Shown here in pieces: positions 47,130-60,289 of a stretch of DNA of 64,000 bases (the first letter of the stretch is position 1; the number at the start of each line of letters is the position of its first letter). The translations under genes and the position numbers were made by a program. The notes below the pieces were generated by a model. The model had not been told where the DNA came from. It did not search any database and saw only the letters and a program-made list of their open reading frames with translations. The DNA lies in contig OX597814.1 of the NCBI GenBank assembly GCA_951406725.2, positions 103,168,001-103,232,000 of the forward strand, in the 5' to 3' direction. The DNA is from Octopus vulgaris (lineage: Eukaryota).

Positions 47130-47688
47130 GAGTGAGAGAGCAGTGCATGCCATCAAAGTGACACTGGGGTAAAATATACGAAGCCCAATATACTCATCAT
47201 GACTACCCGTCTGATAAGGGTACACCAGGCACATGCATCACAACCATATGTGCGCGACATGGTGATCTCATATCAAGATAAACAGCACATGACCTTGCAG
47301 GTGGGGCCCAGTTAGAATTTTCTTCAGGTTGAGTAGCCCATCCCGCTCAAACGGTCCCTGAATAAGGGTTGTTTAAGGATGTTGAAAGAACCACCCATGT
47401 TTCCAGAGGTGAATTATTCAAACCCCAAAGAATCCCTCTCAACACATGGCTATGATGCTCCTCCACTACTTCTGCTCGTGATCAGAGATGCACATATCGT
47501 CAGCCACTAAGGGACATGCTCAACTGGTTAAGGTCAAACAACTGACCAGCAAATCTGTGGTATTGAGCAGAATATTTGCTGTAGCCCATCTTTTATACCA
47601 AGACAAAACAATGTACATGATAACACTTCCAATCAGTTAAGATCAGAAACCATGTGAGCCACTGTCTGGTACTGCATTAAGGCATTTA
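47129..47688 (-). mobile_element. About 560-bp non-coding interspersed element with (TAA)n tail, copy 2
   Basis: Direct repeat of 46086-46625; flanked by (TTA)n on both sides. Confidence 0.8.
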
Positions 47689-47717
47689 TTATTATTATTA
47701 TTATCATTATTATTACC

Positions 47718-47765
<48 letters not shown>

Positions 47766-49079
47766 GTTATTATTATTATTATTATCTTACATTATATCGG
47801 TGCAACTTGGTGCAACTCTGAAAAACTGGTTCACTAGTCAGTATCATTAGACGGTGGCCGGCAGAATGGAATAGGGACTTTATTTGCCTATTCAAAACGC
47901 TATACATACATACATACATACATACATACATACATACATACATACATACATAATACATACATACGCACACAAACGCATACATACACACATATATACATGC
48001 ATACACACACGAATTTGTATTCGTGTGTGAGTATATGTATGTAAATTTGTTTCTATATATTTAAACACTTTCCTTAATAAAAAGGACTTCGTTATAGACT
48101 CCGATGAAGCTCTGAAAAGTCATACTGAACCTTACCACAAGATGCAATTTCCCTTTAAGCTAAAACAATTGTCAGCCAATACATATAATGACACGAGTCC
48201 TTTTCTTTTATCATTTATTAATTAATATTATACAGCAGTTTATATGAATTTCCAGAGAAGAGCATGTCTGTGGATTTTTATTAGCTCTCAACTGGAGCTT
48301 ATAAATTCCGTTTATTATAAATTCCGTTTACTGAGTTTTAACAAACTGCTATGAATAAACATAATTGTAAAATAGATGCAAACGTCACGTGATATGATTA
48401 GAAAGGTGGTCAAGATATGATAATTGCTATAGATGATGTATACACGATCACACGGATATCGATGCACGCAACTATACACACGGAGAGCAAGTACACAGCA
48501 GTTCGTCATGGGTGTTCAGGTTGTTTTCATCTTGGATTAATATAACGCGTCTTTCTCTGCCAAACAAAAGTGAAAGCTTGATCTGGGTCTAGTGTCATCG
48601 TGCTTATAGGAAGAAGTGGAATCGTGAATGGACTGGGATAGTTTATGGGTACCATCCAGATGAACAATTAATCGGACCCTAAAGTTGTTCCTACTTCGTT
48701 TATTGTGGCTCTTTGGTGTTGAGCTATCATTTAATTCTAGCTCAGCGTGAAACACCAAAGAGTTAGTGATGCAGATGAAGGCTTGCAATACATATGCGCG
48801 CGCGCGCGCGTGTGTGTGAATCAGAACCTAACAATATATTTGTTACTTCAAATAACAAAAAAGCTGGCTTTGAAACCTAATATCATTCACAAGACACCTG
48901 GGTGACATGAACAAGGTGAGACAATTCCAATCACTTATATTTGGGGCATTCAAGCCATCTTGGGAATGATTTTATCAGCTCGTTGAGTTGACAATGTATG
49001 AGCATAATAGGTAACTGATAATTTAACTAAAAGAGTTATATTCCTTATGGAAAAGTGAACCTATTCGTTACATCTATTA

Positions 49080-49126
<47 letters not shown>

Positions 49127-49237
49127 GGAGAGTGTGTGTGTGTGTGTGAAAGAAGGGGAGGAATCAAAATATATGTCACAACATATTTTTAGAAGTGGAG
49201 GAGAAACGTCATTGTTGAGAATGAAATACTGAGAGAG

Positions 49238-49278
<41 letters not shown>

Positions 49279-51187
49279 TAGATAAATAGACAGACAAACA
49301 GATAAATAAACAGATAAGTAGTGTTATCACCATAGTCACTAACAAGTTTTAATTTAAAACGTTGGAATCTCAAGTGCAAGTCTGTCAACACAACACAACA
49401 CTCTACAAAAAAAGACTGTGTGTGTCTGTGTATATATATATATATATATATTATATATAATTTTTTTAGTTGTTTGTATGCATGTGTATATTTATGTGTG
49501 TGTGTTTGTTTATGTGTATGTGTGTTTCTGTGCCTTTCAACATCATACAGACAACGCAACACAGACTTTAAAAAAACCTTCACTTTGAACAGCGTAGTGA
49601 CAGGAAAAGACCTAGTAGTAAATGAAACAGTGGGAATATAAGAAGATAAAGGTATTATAACAGTTTGCTAATAAAATGAAAACGACGAAAAGAAAGAACA
49701 TGTAGCCACCCCATAGAAGGGAAATAAAAACTATGGAGGTTCTGTAATGTTAACTTCATATCGCATAGAGGTGAGGGATATGTTCGTGTTAAAAATCCAA
49801 ATCTTCTACATACATGCATTTATCAATTAACTCGCACACAAACACAGTATCAAATTCAAAATGACTATTCAGCAACGTAGCATGAATTTATCTACTTGAA
49901 CCCATTACCCACACGTTTCAAACCTTTGGTGTCAATAAATCTTTTAGGGTCAGCCTTTACTTTGCAGTACATAAATCACATCTCTTCTTGCTATCTACAT
50001 AAGGCCTTAATCTCTTAATGATCTTCTAGTTGACATTAGGCTTTAAAAACCGGATTAAACTTGAGAACCTTGTTGCATTCTTCTTAATAATGTTTCTCAA
50101 TGAGAAAGTATGTATTTAAAATCTTCTTGAAATCACCTTCTGTTACACCAACAGAATGTTTTGGAGTGGTACCAAGGTTCCGATCTGTTGATCTCCGCTT
50201 TGTTTATAGAAGTTTCTGCATTAAAGATGCATTGACTGAGCGTGTACTGCGTTTTTACATGAGATTCGCCTGGACTAAAACGGGTGGGTTTGTGGGGTGT
50301 AATATCCTTCATATTAACGGCACTGGTGAAATTTAACTAAAGATTATGTTCGTGGGACTGGCTCCCTATATCTATGGGCATATCTACGCTTTTTAACTCT
50401 AGGTTCTTATTTTTATCCGTTTAAGTCATCTTTTTCTCACATTGTTTTTTTCTTTTTTGTTTTAGATTTCTCTCCGTTCCCATTAATGTCTGACAATATG
50501 TTAGTAATTGTCGCTGTTTGTATCGGAACATCTTTCTACTTGTATATCCCCGTCCATCTAGAGGAATTCTTAACCTGCTGACGTTACTGACTCAAATTTT
50601 ACAATAAATCAGGTGTAGGGGGACTAGCGAGACATTTTGTTTTCCCCCCATAGACCCTCCACTTGCGCAGCTCTTCGACAATATGTCAACTTAATGTCAT
50701 TTATTTATTACTCTGATCTTCCTATCTTTCCTAGTTATAAGACTGTATCTGACTATATGGTTTGTATTACCTTTGTTACAAGTCTTCAATAGATTGGTGC
50801 TATTTTCATTCAATATTGCACGGGCTTATATAATCTTTATATGACTTTTACATAACAGTTATCTAAACCATCGTAAAAGATTGAAGAATCTAATACCGTT
50901 ACTTTGATTCCTTTGGTCGTTCTATTCTCTACTCTTCAATTTATGCATTTTTTCTTATAATCGGCATCATTCCTGGATTTGCACTTTGTATTGAACATTT
51001 TAGGATTAATTGGACGCTAATTCCTCTCTGTACATCCTCTTAGCCCGGATTTCACATGGAGTGTTGACTGAGGTATTCGCTTGGATTTCATGAACACCGG
51101 CCACTTACTATGTATAAGCGCGCGCGCGCCTGTGTGCATGTGCGCATGCGTATGTCTGTCTGTCTGCCTGTCTGTATGTATACACAC

Positions 51188-51258
<71 letters not shown>

Positions 51259-51596
51259 GAAGGTAAAGAATAACTTCACTGGTAACTCTACCGTTTGCTT
51301 TGTAGATCTACCAAGTTCTTTGTTAACTTCGGTGGGGAGACTTTTTAAAGATTCCTTGTTAACTTTTCAGGAGAACTTTCTCACATTCGTCGGTAGCGAT
51401 TATCAAACTGACCTCAGGTTGTTTTGTGCTGTGTGATTCTGTATATAAGAGATTTGGGTGTATCTGGGGTTGGGTGGAGTTTGTTAATAAGTGTAGGAAT
51501 GAGGAAGTGTTGATGGGTAAGAACTGAAAGAAAACAGTGAATGGTAAAAACAGGAAAATTGATTGAGAGTGGAGTTGGGAGGTGGTATATATATAT

Positions 51597-51800
51597 GAGC
51601 TGGCAGAAACGTTAGCAGGCCGGGCGAAATGCGTAGCCGTATTTCGTCTGCCGTTACGTTCTGAGTTCAAACTCCGCCGAGGTCGACTTTGCCTTTCATC
51701 CTTTCGGGGTCGATAAATTAAGTACCAGTTACGCACTGGGGTCGATACTTTGTCCTTGTTTGTCCCCTCTATGTTTAGCCTCTTGTGGGTAATAAAGAAA
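51597..51800 (+). mobile_element. tRNA-derived SINE family B
   Basis: Homologous to 10077-10307. Confidence 0.85.
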
Positions 51801-52464
51801 TATATATATATACATACATAGGAGAAAGAAAAAAGTTGTTTTTTTTTACAATTTCTGTCGTGGTGCGTGTAGTTCTTTTCTCAGTTTCGGTCGAAGTCAG
51901 TGGGTTCCTTCACCTTCTTAGCTTCTTAGAATTTGAAATGTTACAAGCCCAAATGTTTTAATGTATCTCTTATTATAAAAGGCAGATTTTATCTGCCTCC
52001 CTTTGTCAGTTATAGAAATCTACAATATAGGATTTCTTCAATTACAATTTACCTAGCATTTTTAAGAGTAGAATGCTTCGGGTCATGCCAGGTCCAGTTT
52101 TTAAAATTTAAACTCCAATTAAGCAAAATTTACAGAAAACTCACATTCTGGTGTGTATGTCAAATGCTTTTCTTAATGTGGTTTACACCACACGCAAACG
52201 CACACACACAGTGTGCAACGAATAAAATGAAAGTAATTCACTGTGTGTGTGTTGACAGGTAGACAATAGAATGCGATGGCGATGGCGATGTAATATTTGT
52301 TTCTGTCTATCACGCTGATAGATACATGAGTAAAATGTATGGCAAGCTAAGAGATAAGAGTGAGTGAAAATGTTCTTGGAAGAGAGTAAATAGCGAAAGT
52401 GATTTGAGGAAGACTTTACATTAAATAAGCGTAGTGGCTTGTATATATATATATATATATACAT

Positions 52465-52732
52465 ACATAAGACAGTAAGGTGTGATTTGAGGGAGATTTG
52501 GCTGCTATTTCTACCATGTCTAGCTGCCATGTAGGGATCTCCCTCATAGGCTCATACATACATATATACATAGATAAGACAGTAAGGTGTGATTTGGGGG
52601 AAATTTGGCTGCTATTTCTACCAGGTCTAGCTACCATGTAGAGGTCCCCCTCATTGGCTCATATATATATACATACATAAGACAGTAAGGTGTGATTTGA
52701 GGGAGATTTGGCTGCTGTTTCTACCAGGTCTG
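52465..52732. repeat. About 105-bp tandem repeat, about 2.6 copies
   Basis: ATAAGACAGTAAGGTGTGATTTG.GGGA.ATTTGGCTGCT.TTTCTACCA.GTCT occurs three times. Confidence 0.9.
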
Positions 52733-52801
52733 TTAGGCCTTCTCATGTAAACTCAAGCTTTCTCATGCCTTGAAAATATGACCAAAGCAGAGAATGTATT
52801 C

Positions 52802-53030
52802 TTTTATTCTTCTGCTTTTTCCAGCCATTGGTCTGTGGCCATGCTGGGATAATGCCTTGAAGAATTGTAGTTTAATGAATCAACTCCAGTTTTATTTTTG
52901 TAAGCATTGTACTTATTCTATCTGTTTCCTTTGTCAAACCACTAGGTGACAGGGATGTAAACAAACCAACATTCGTTGTCAAGCAGTGGTGGAGGACAAT
53001 CACAAGCACAGACACGCACACACACACACA
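52802..53030 (-). mobile_element. SINE family A 3' part, degenerate
   Basis: CTGTGGCCATGCTGG...GTACTTATTCTATC...TTGTCAAGC shared with 1341-1530. Confidence 0.65.
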
Positions 53031-53051
53031 TACATGCATACACATATACAC

Positions 53052-53082
<31 letters not shown>

Positions 53083-53104
53083 TATATATGTGTGTATATA
53101 TATA

Positions 53105-53428
53105 TTGCAGCGTGGAAGGTGTTTGTAAGCCATTTAAGAAACACACAAAAACCGTTAGATTCACTTCAACATTTAAATTTAATTTGCCAAAATATTTTCC
53201 TCGCTTTGAGACCGCGGCCTGTTCACTGACAAAAATATCGTGCTAACAGGTCGCGGTCTCAAAGCGACGAAAATATTTTGACAAATTAAATTTAAATGTT
53301 GAAGTGAATCTAACGGGTTTTGTGTGTTTCTTAAATGGCTTATAAACACCTTCAACGCTGCAACTGTTTTCGTTCCAGCACACGATCTCAGATCAAGTCA
53401 CTTGCTATGCAAGTACATCTCTGTAACT
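53105..53428. mobile_element. Palindromic Penelope-like remnant with one-sided tail
   Basis: About 120-bp arms (TTGCAGCGTGGAAGGTG...CACCTTCAACGCTGCAA) inside (TA)n. Confidence 0.65.
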
Positions 53429-53527
53429 ATATATATATTTATATATATATATATATATGTATATTGGTAAAAACAGTAAGATAACAAAAGAAAGAAAGAG
53501 ACCTCAATATTATGTAAATAGAGGAAA

Positions 53528-53925
53528 TCTTTATATATAAAAGTGAGGTTGTGTGTCTGTCTCCTACGATTTAGATTCCTAACTACTCCCACATTTTGCG
53601 GTGCAGTTTAACCAAAACCGGGTATCTTATAGTCGTGATTCATATCGAGACCGTCTGGGTATTAGCGCGCGTCTACGATGAGTCTACGATTTAAAAAAAA
53701 ATTTACCATCAATTTTTCCCATTTTTAATCCATTTTTGACATATATAAGGGAAGTAACTCTCTAAAATTTATTATTATATCTCAGAACGTAAAAAGCTAC
53801 AGTAACACCCCTCCCCCTTTGTGGTTAGCCATATTGAGATGGCTATTATACTTTACATCTCTAAAAATGCTTATATAATTATTTCCCTTACAAACCCGAG
53901 CAACGCCGGGCGGCAATACTGCTAG
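53528..53925 (+). mobile_element. Non-autonomous Helitron
   Basis: A|TCTTTATATATAAAAG...CCCGAGCAACGCCGGGCGGCAATACTGCTAG|T. Confidence 0.85.
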
Positions 53926-54154
53926 TATATATATATATATGTATGTATATATATATATATATAATATATAATAATAAATATTAGGGAATAAATCCAAATT
54001 TACAGGGAAAAATCAGATTTAGGATTGAATCCAATTTTATAGTAAAATATTATATTATATTAAATTAGAGACAAAACCACTATTATGCAAATCAAACAAA
54101 GAAAGACTTAAGCCAATACATAAAACAATTTATATAATTAAATTTAATTAAAAT

Positions 54155-54208
54155 AACCACTACGATCGTTTCGTGTCAGCACTTCTATGAGACATTCTTC
54201 AGGTGGTT
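54155..54208 (-). ncRNA. Minimal type I hammerhead ribozyme (intact core)
   Basis: Minus strand AACCAC-CUGAAGA-A-UGUC-ucauagaagugcu-GACA-C-GAAAC-GAUC-GUA-GUGGUU: stem I AACCAC/GUGGUU, core CUGANGA, stem II UGUC/GACA, GAAA, short stem III with palindromic loop, GUA cleavage triplet. Confidence 0.75.
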
Positions 54209-54258
54209 TCAAAACCTTCTTTGCAATCATAGTTTAAAACTTGCAAAGAAGGTTTTGA

Positions 54259-54312
54259 AACCACCTGAAGAATGTCTCATAGAAGTGCTGACACGAAACG
54301 ATCGTAGTAGTT
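54259..54312 (+). ncRNA. Minimal type I hammerhead ribozyme (mirror copy, one stem I mismatch)
   Basis: AACCAC CTGAAGA ATGTCTCATAGAAGTGCTGACAC GAAAC GATC GTA GTAGTT. Confidence 0.7.
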
Positions 54313-54411
54313 ATTTTAATTAAATTTAATTATATAAATTATTTTATGTATTGGCTTAAGTCTTTCTTTGTTTGATTTGCATAATAGTGGTTTTGTCTCT
54401 AATTTAATATA

Positions 54412-54465
<54 letters not shown>

Positions 54466-55588
54466 CTTACTTTTGCTGAACGAATCACCAATGTTGAACC
54501 AATTCGCAAAATGTAGAATTGGAGCAATGAAGCATTTCTAATACGATCGCAGCCCGTGCGTAGATAGGATTTCAAAGTGGCTTTTGTACACCCGACTTGA
54601 TGAGGGTAAGAGAAATGTTGGAAGTCCCTGGCTCCGCTTTAAGGACAAACTGAAGGAAAACTGCCAACGTACATATGTTCCACTTGCTTCTTTTGAAGAG
54701 TTTGTCCAAGAACGATGCAAATAGAGATCAACCTGTTTTGAAGCAATTCAAAACTTCGAAAGTCAACGATTGATTCATCTTCATGAAAAGGGAACTATGG
54801 TAAAATACAGAAATGCGATCCCAGAGGATCATTGTAACGGTTCTGTATCCGGACAATCTTGCTAATCCTTAGCTGGATTAAAATCACTTCAGAGACACAA
54901 ATACAAGTAATAACAATTATACTAAGCCTTCAGGCTCTCGCACGTTGAAATCGATGGGAGAGTCCGTCATACATCACCATCACACACATATGCATACATA
55001 CATAAAGATACAAGTTGTCGAACAGACAGGTTGGCATAGAGGACTATTCATTCCCCCGGATAATGAACACTATCCCCGATAAATTTTGCCATTAATGCAA
55101 GCCTGGTAAAAGAAATGGCTGTTTTCTTTGAATAAATGCAAAGAAACAACTTTTTATGCACCATGGCAACGAAAGAACCCGGAGTCAAATATCGCAGATC
55201 GCAGAACTATCGAGAAAAATTTGTAATGAGAAGAGATACCGTTTGTAATTATGTGCTCTAGACTATTTGATTATGCATTTTTGCAACTGTACTGTGTTAA
55301 ATAATATATTCTGATATGATTTGAATTTAAAGTTGTACTTTGCAATATATACTCTTGGAAGAATTAGGTTGTCATAATGTATTTTGATATTATGTATGTT
55401 GGAATGTATGGTAATGCATTTGGAAATAAGTTGTAACAATCTAGTTTTTAAAACATATTTTTGCATTTTGAAATTATTTTATTGTGATGATGTAATATGG
55501 AATAATTAACTGCGATGTGAAGGGAATAGAACATTTTCTTCTTCTTATTATTATTTTCCACATCTCCCGAATAATGTGGAATGCCCAT

Positions 55589-55663
<75 letters not shown>

Positions 55664-55876
55664 GTGTGTGTGTGTGTGTGTGTGTGCGTAATCCTTTAAC
55701 AAGGTTAGTCATAAACTTCGAAGTTTCGGCTTGTTAAGTCATCATCGACTCAAATGGCCGAAACGCCGAAATCATTGTCTAACAGTATTCTTTTTAACGA
55801 ATAAGAAATTTGCATTCTACCAAATTTATTGAGTAATTTGAAGTAAAATTGTTTTTATTATTACATAAATCAAACA

Positions 55877-55957
<81 letters not shown>

Positions 55958-55958
55958 A

Positions 55959-56346
55959 CTAGCAGTATCACCCGGCGTTGCTCGGGTTTGTTTCGACCCT
56001 TTAGAATTGGAATTTTTGAAAAGTAAAGATTTTGTATTATGTAGCCTGTTATTCTCTTTAAGTGAACATTTTTCTGGTTGAAATACACCGAAAAATGGCG
56101 ACACAGCAGTCAGAAAATCGTAAAAAATAGGGATTTTCATAGAAAAAAAAGCACCTTTTTGATGCAAATAATTTTTGGTGTTAACATGGTCCGATTTGAA
56201 TTTTTTCTTCTACGGAAGGAAGTGCAAGCCTTCTTCTATCATACTCTCAATTTTGGTCAACTTGCGCCGCAGGGTCTCGGAGGAGATAGTGTTGGTTGAA
56301 GGCTACCAAACCTGCCATACACTTCAGCTTTATTTATAGAGAGAGA
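55959..56346 (-). mobile_element. Non-autonomous Helitron (same family as 13581-13951)
   Basis: A|CTAGCAGTATCACCCGGCGTTGCTCGGG...GAGAGA|T; collinear with the 13.6-kb copy. Confidence 0.85.
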
Positions 56347-56499
56347 TATATGTTTATGAGTGTGTGTCAGAACTTATTAGTCTATTAATTTTAATTTTAT
56401 TTATGTGTTTATACAATTGAATGTGTATGTAACTTGGACTTATGTACTTACGGTCGTATAAACATTATACGTCTGTATATGTGCGTGTGTGTATACGAG

Positions 56500-56549
<50 letters not shown>

Positions 56550-56924
56550 TGTGTGATGTAATAATCCAATCAATTCGTGCTTTCAAGTGAAGGCAAACTG
56601 GAGAATTACTGAACTTATGTTCTTTATACTATAAAACCTTTACAATTATCTGTTCTAATGATGGCAGTGTCTATTTAAAGATTAGTGCTTCATTGGATTG
56701 CACATGTAGAATGAGCCTTGTTCTGCAAGCGACAGCATGTGTAGAATGGAAAATGTTTACTGGTGGCAGCGTGTTCTTTGACATGCCATGTTTTTTGCGT
56801 AGTCGTGTGTGTAACCAGAGTTGTTAGACTGAGGGCTAACGGTGATACGGTACGCTTGTTGATACAGTAAGGCATTAATCACAGACTAGTTAGGTATTAT
56901 TCAGCTATTGTGCGTTTCTATTAT

Positions 56925-57656
56925 TGTAGTGAGGGTATCACCAGTATATCGAAGGTCACCACTTTAGTGATGGGGTATCACCCGTCTAGTTGAGGGGGTC
57001 ACTAGTATGGTGCGTTGGTTGCTAGTATAGGGAGTTCACTAATTTCGTAGCTAATGTGTAGCTATAGCCCAATGGAGTGTTCACAATCTGTGACGACGTC
57101 GACGGCGGTAGCTTGCTGGTCCTTGTGTCTGTGTGTCCCTTCAATAGTAATTGGTATACAGAGACAGACGAACAAAATTCAACTTGTTCAATAGCAAAGT
57201 TTATTCGCAGCCGTGAGTTACGTACAATGTTAATGTCTTGTATAAGATTTCTGTAAAGAAATAAGCTGTGTTTTATAGAGATGTCGATAGTGTGAACGAA
57301 TGCGTGAAAACATTCGATGTACTTTGCGTATATAGAAAGAGATTTGAAAGAAATGTATCTAGTAAGCATGAGATAACGGCATCGAATTTGGTCGATACTG
57401 CTAGCGCACGTAGACGCAGAATAATTCTTTGTGAGACGCCAGCCCAAACGCGATAGAACTAAACTACAAACCGGGAGTCCTTGGAAAAACGAAGCTGAAG
57501 GAACTCGATTAGACATAGCCGCGACCACATTATATAAGTGAGAAACAGACGTAGTAGAGGGAACCTGTTTATTCGGCCAACAACAGACCGAATAGAGCTG
57601 TAAACTTGAGATTGAAAATGTATATTTTAAACCAATGCCAGCACAGACATGTTACA
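56925..57656. mobile_element. Possible solo LTR
   Basis: TGTAG...TTACA termini, near-TSD TTAT/CTAT, AATAAA on the minus strand, GC-richer than flanks; no partner LTR. Confidence 0.35.
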
Positions 57657-57850
57657 CTATCAACTTCACAATGAAGTAACATTCATATCTCTTTCTTTCA
57701 AACGTTGAAAGTCATTATAATAAGCTTCCTTTATATTCCCACGAAATTTTCCAGAGAAGCCTTAAACATTTCATAAGCGGATGCACGACATTGTTCACAT
57801 CAGAAGTGAATATCTTTCATTAACTATTTTCAATTGGGTTCACCTTTTTC

Positions 57851-58208
57851 CTTTTACTTATTCCAGTCATTAGACTGTGGCCATGCTGGGGCACTACCCT
57901 GAAGAATGTTTACTTGAAAGTGCTTATTTTTTCTTTAAGCCAGGTACTTATTCTAACAGTCCCTTTGCTCGAAACACTCAATTACGGGCGCGTAAACATA
58001 ACGACACCGGTTGTCAAGCAGTAGTGGGGGATAAACACGAGGCACACAGACACACAAGCACACACATACAACATATACGACGGGCTTCTCTTAGTTTCCC
58101 TCTACCAAATCCACTCACAAGGCTTCGGTCAGCCCGAGGCTATAACAGAATGCACTTGTCCAAGATTCCAGGCAGTTGGACCGAACCCGGAACCATGTGG
58201 TTGGGAAA
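57851..58208 (-). mobile_element. tRNA-derived SINE family A, degenerate
   Basis: Shares TCTACCAAATCCACTCACAAGGCT and CTGTGGCCATGCTGG with 1341-1761. Confidence 0.8.
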
Positions 58209-58924
58209 TAAACGGAAATCTCTCTTATTTATCAAGCCAGTTATTTCCACGTAAACAGAGGTTCTTTTCATTTAATTACATACTTGGGTTATTTTACGTA
58301 AACTTGTGATAAATATACCCGACACTAACTTGGAAATGCTTCAAGCGGAACATCTTGTTAGCTTACATGCATGGATTGTTGCAAGACGGGCTTCACTTCA
58401 GACGACTTAATCTGTTCATCTAAATTACGATGATCTGCTGCCGTTTTCATTGCTATTTCCAGTTGGTGAAAGACAATGGAAAATTGGCTTGACACGTAAT
58501 GTTGCAGTTAAAACTAAGAAAATACACAAATCGATTACCACAGGTAAAGACTTCTGCTACTTTAAAACGAGGATCTTTCTGGTTTTCGTTACTGTTTACA
58601 ATTATATTTTTAAAAAAATTTTTCTGATGTCTCATATAGGATGTAATTTTTGACGCCGAATCCAAAATTATTCTTCATTTATTCCAGAAAAATTTTGCAA
58701 ATATGTTACAGGTGTTCAAAGTTTGATAATTTTCAAGATTTTTAGCCTATCAGAAAATAGCGCGTTCGCTACCTCTTCCATCATGAGTGGGTGTGGTGGG
58801 GGGCATCGGCATGTCAAAACATTGCTAGACGCACACACATACTCACATATACTCACACAGAGTTGAAACTCTGTTTGACTTTTTTTCTTTTCAGCATTGA
58901 ATTTTCACCATACCACTTCCATTG

Positions 58925-58956
<32 letters not shown>

Positions 58957-59707
58957 TACTTCCCTTATACATACACACATATATACTCACATAGAGTTGA
59001 AATGCTCCCACTACCAGTTTGCCATCACCCCTTTCTTCCTTATTCATCTATCACCCCTTCCTTTCTCATTCATATGTTGTGACGGAGAAAAGCACAAGAG
59101 TATTATTATAATAGAAGATTATCTTTCTCGAATTTCCTTCTCCTCCTTGTGCACATACAGAGAATCTTTGGTTACCATGGAAACAGAGTTTTTCGTCACG
59201 GTCATGTGTAACATACTCGCTTCTGATTGGCTAAAATACCCAAATTTTGCCAATTTTAAAGGCTAATAACTTTCTAATTATGGATTTATAGAAAAAATTA
59301 GTTTCATTTTCCTAATTAGTATACAAAACTTAATCCACCACATTTGAAAACAATTAGAACCAAATTGTAAAAAGTAACGAAAACCGCTAAGATCCGAAAA
59401 CGACCCTATACGAGTCGTTTACTCACGAAATATTATTGTGACGACGTTAAGATAATATTTGTACACAGTACATGCGTGTGTATATATGTGAGTGTATGTG
59501 TGTGTATGTGTATACATGGGTATGTAGATGTCTAACAGGCCATTAGATATGAAAAAATAGAGTGGGTACATTGTTATTAATAAAATACATATTGTATTCT
59601 CATGTGTGTGCGTGTGTATGTATGTATGCATGTAATATGTATGCACCTACAAGTATGCACATGTATGTATGTATGTATGTATGTGCATGTGTTTGTATGC
59701 TGACATA

Positions 59708-59777
<70 letters not shown>

Positions 59778-59785
59778 CATGTATG

Positions 59786-59816
<31 letters not shown>

Positions 59817-59827
59817 GTATGTATATA

Positions 59828-59863
<36 letters not shown>

Positions 59864-60245
59864 TGTATGTATGTATGTATAAGTATATGTGTTTGTGTGT
59901 GTGCATGCATTATAAGCAGAGCTGGAAAGATTATTTTAAGATACCTGGCGTATTTTATAAATGTGCCTGTTCAAGAACCATAAAAAGATGAAACCATTTG
60001 CGTATTATAAATATACACACGCACACAAATAACTTCAGGTGAACTCTTTAAAAAATGAAACAGCAAACAACATCGAAGTACGACAAAAATGAGAGCCACA
60101 GTCGGGGTCCGAAAAAGGGAGCAACACAAGAGACAACGAAACAAAATAATATTTGGGACCAAGAGACCAATAATTGTCGACACTGATATACATGTGTATA
60201 ATGTGTGTATGTGTGTGAGTGTGTGTGTGTGTACTTAGTTGTGTG

Positions 60246-60289
<44 letters not shown>

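Larger units (their letters stand above)
53970..54420. mobile_element. Palindromic Penelope-like element (inverted pLTRs) carrying two hammerhead ribozymes
   Basis: About 175-bp near-perfect inverted arms around a 14-nt loop (54227-54240), plus a one-sided tail; inserted in (TA)n. Confidence 0.78.

Noticed and set aside
46086-47688. LTR retrotransposon (direct repeats flanking coding fragment)
   Set aside because: No TG...CA, PBS or PPT; the internal piece is a non-LTR Dong endonuclease and all parts are separated by TTA repeats.
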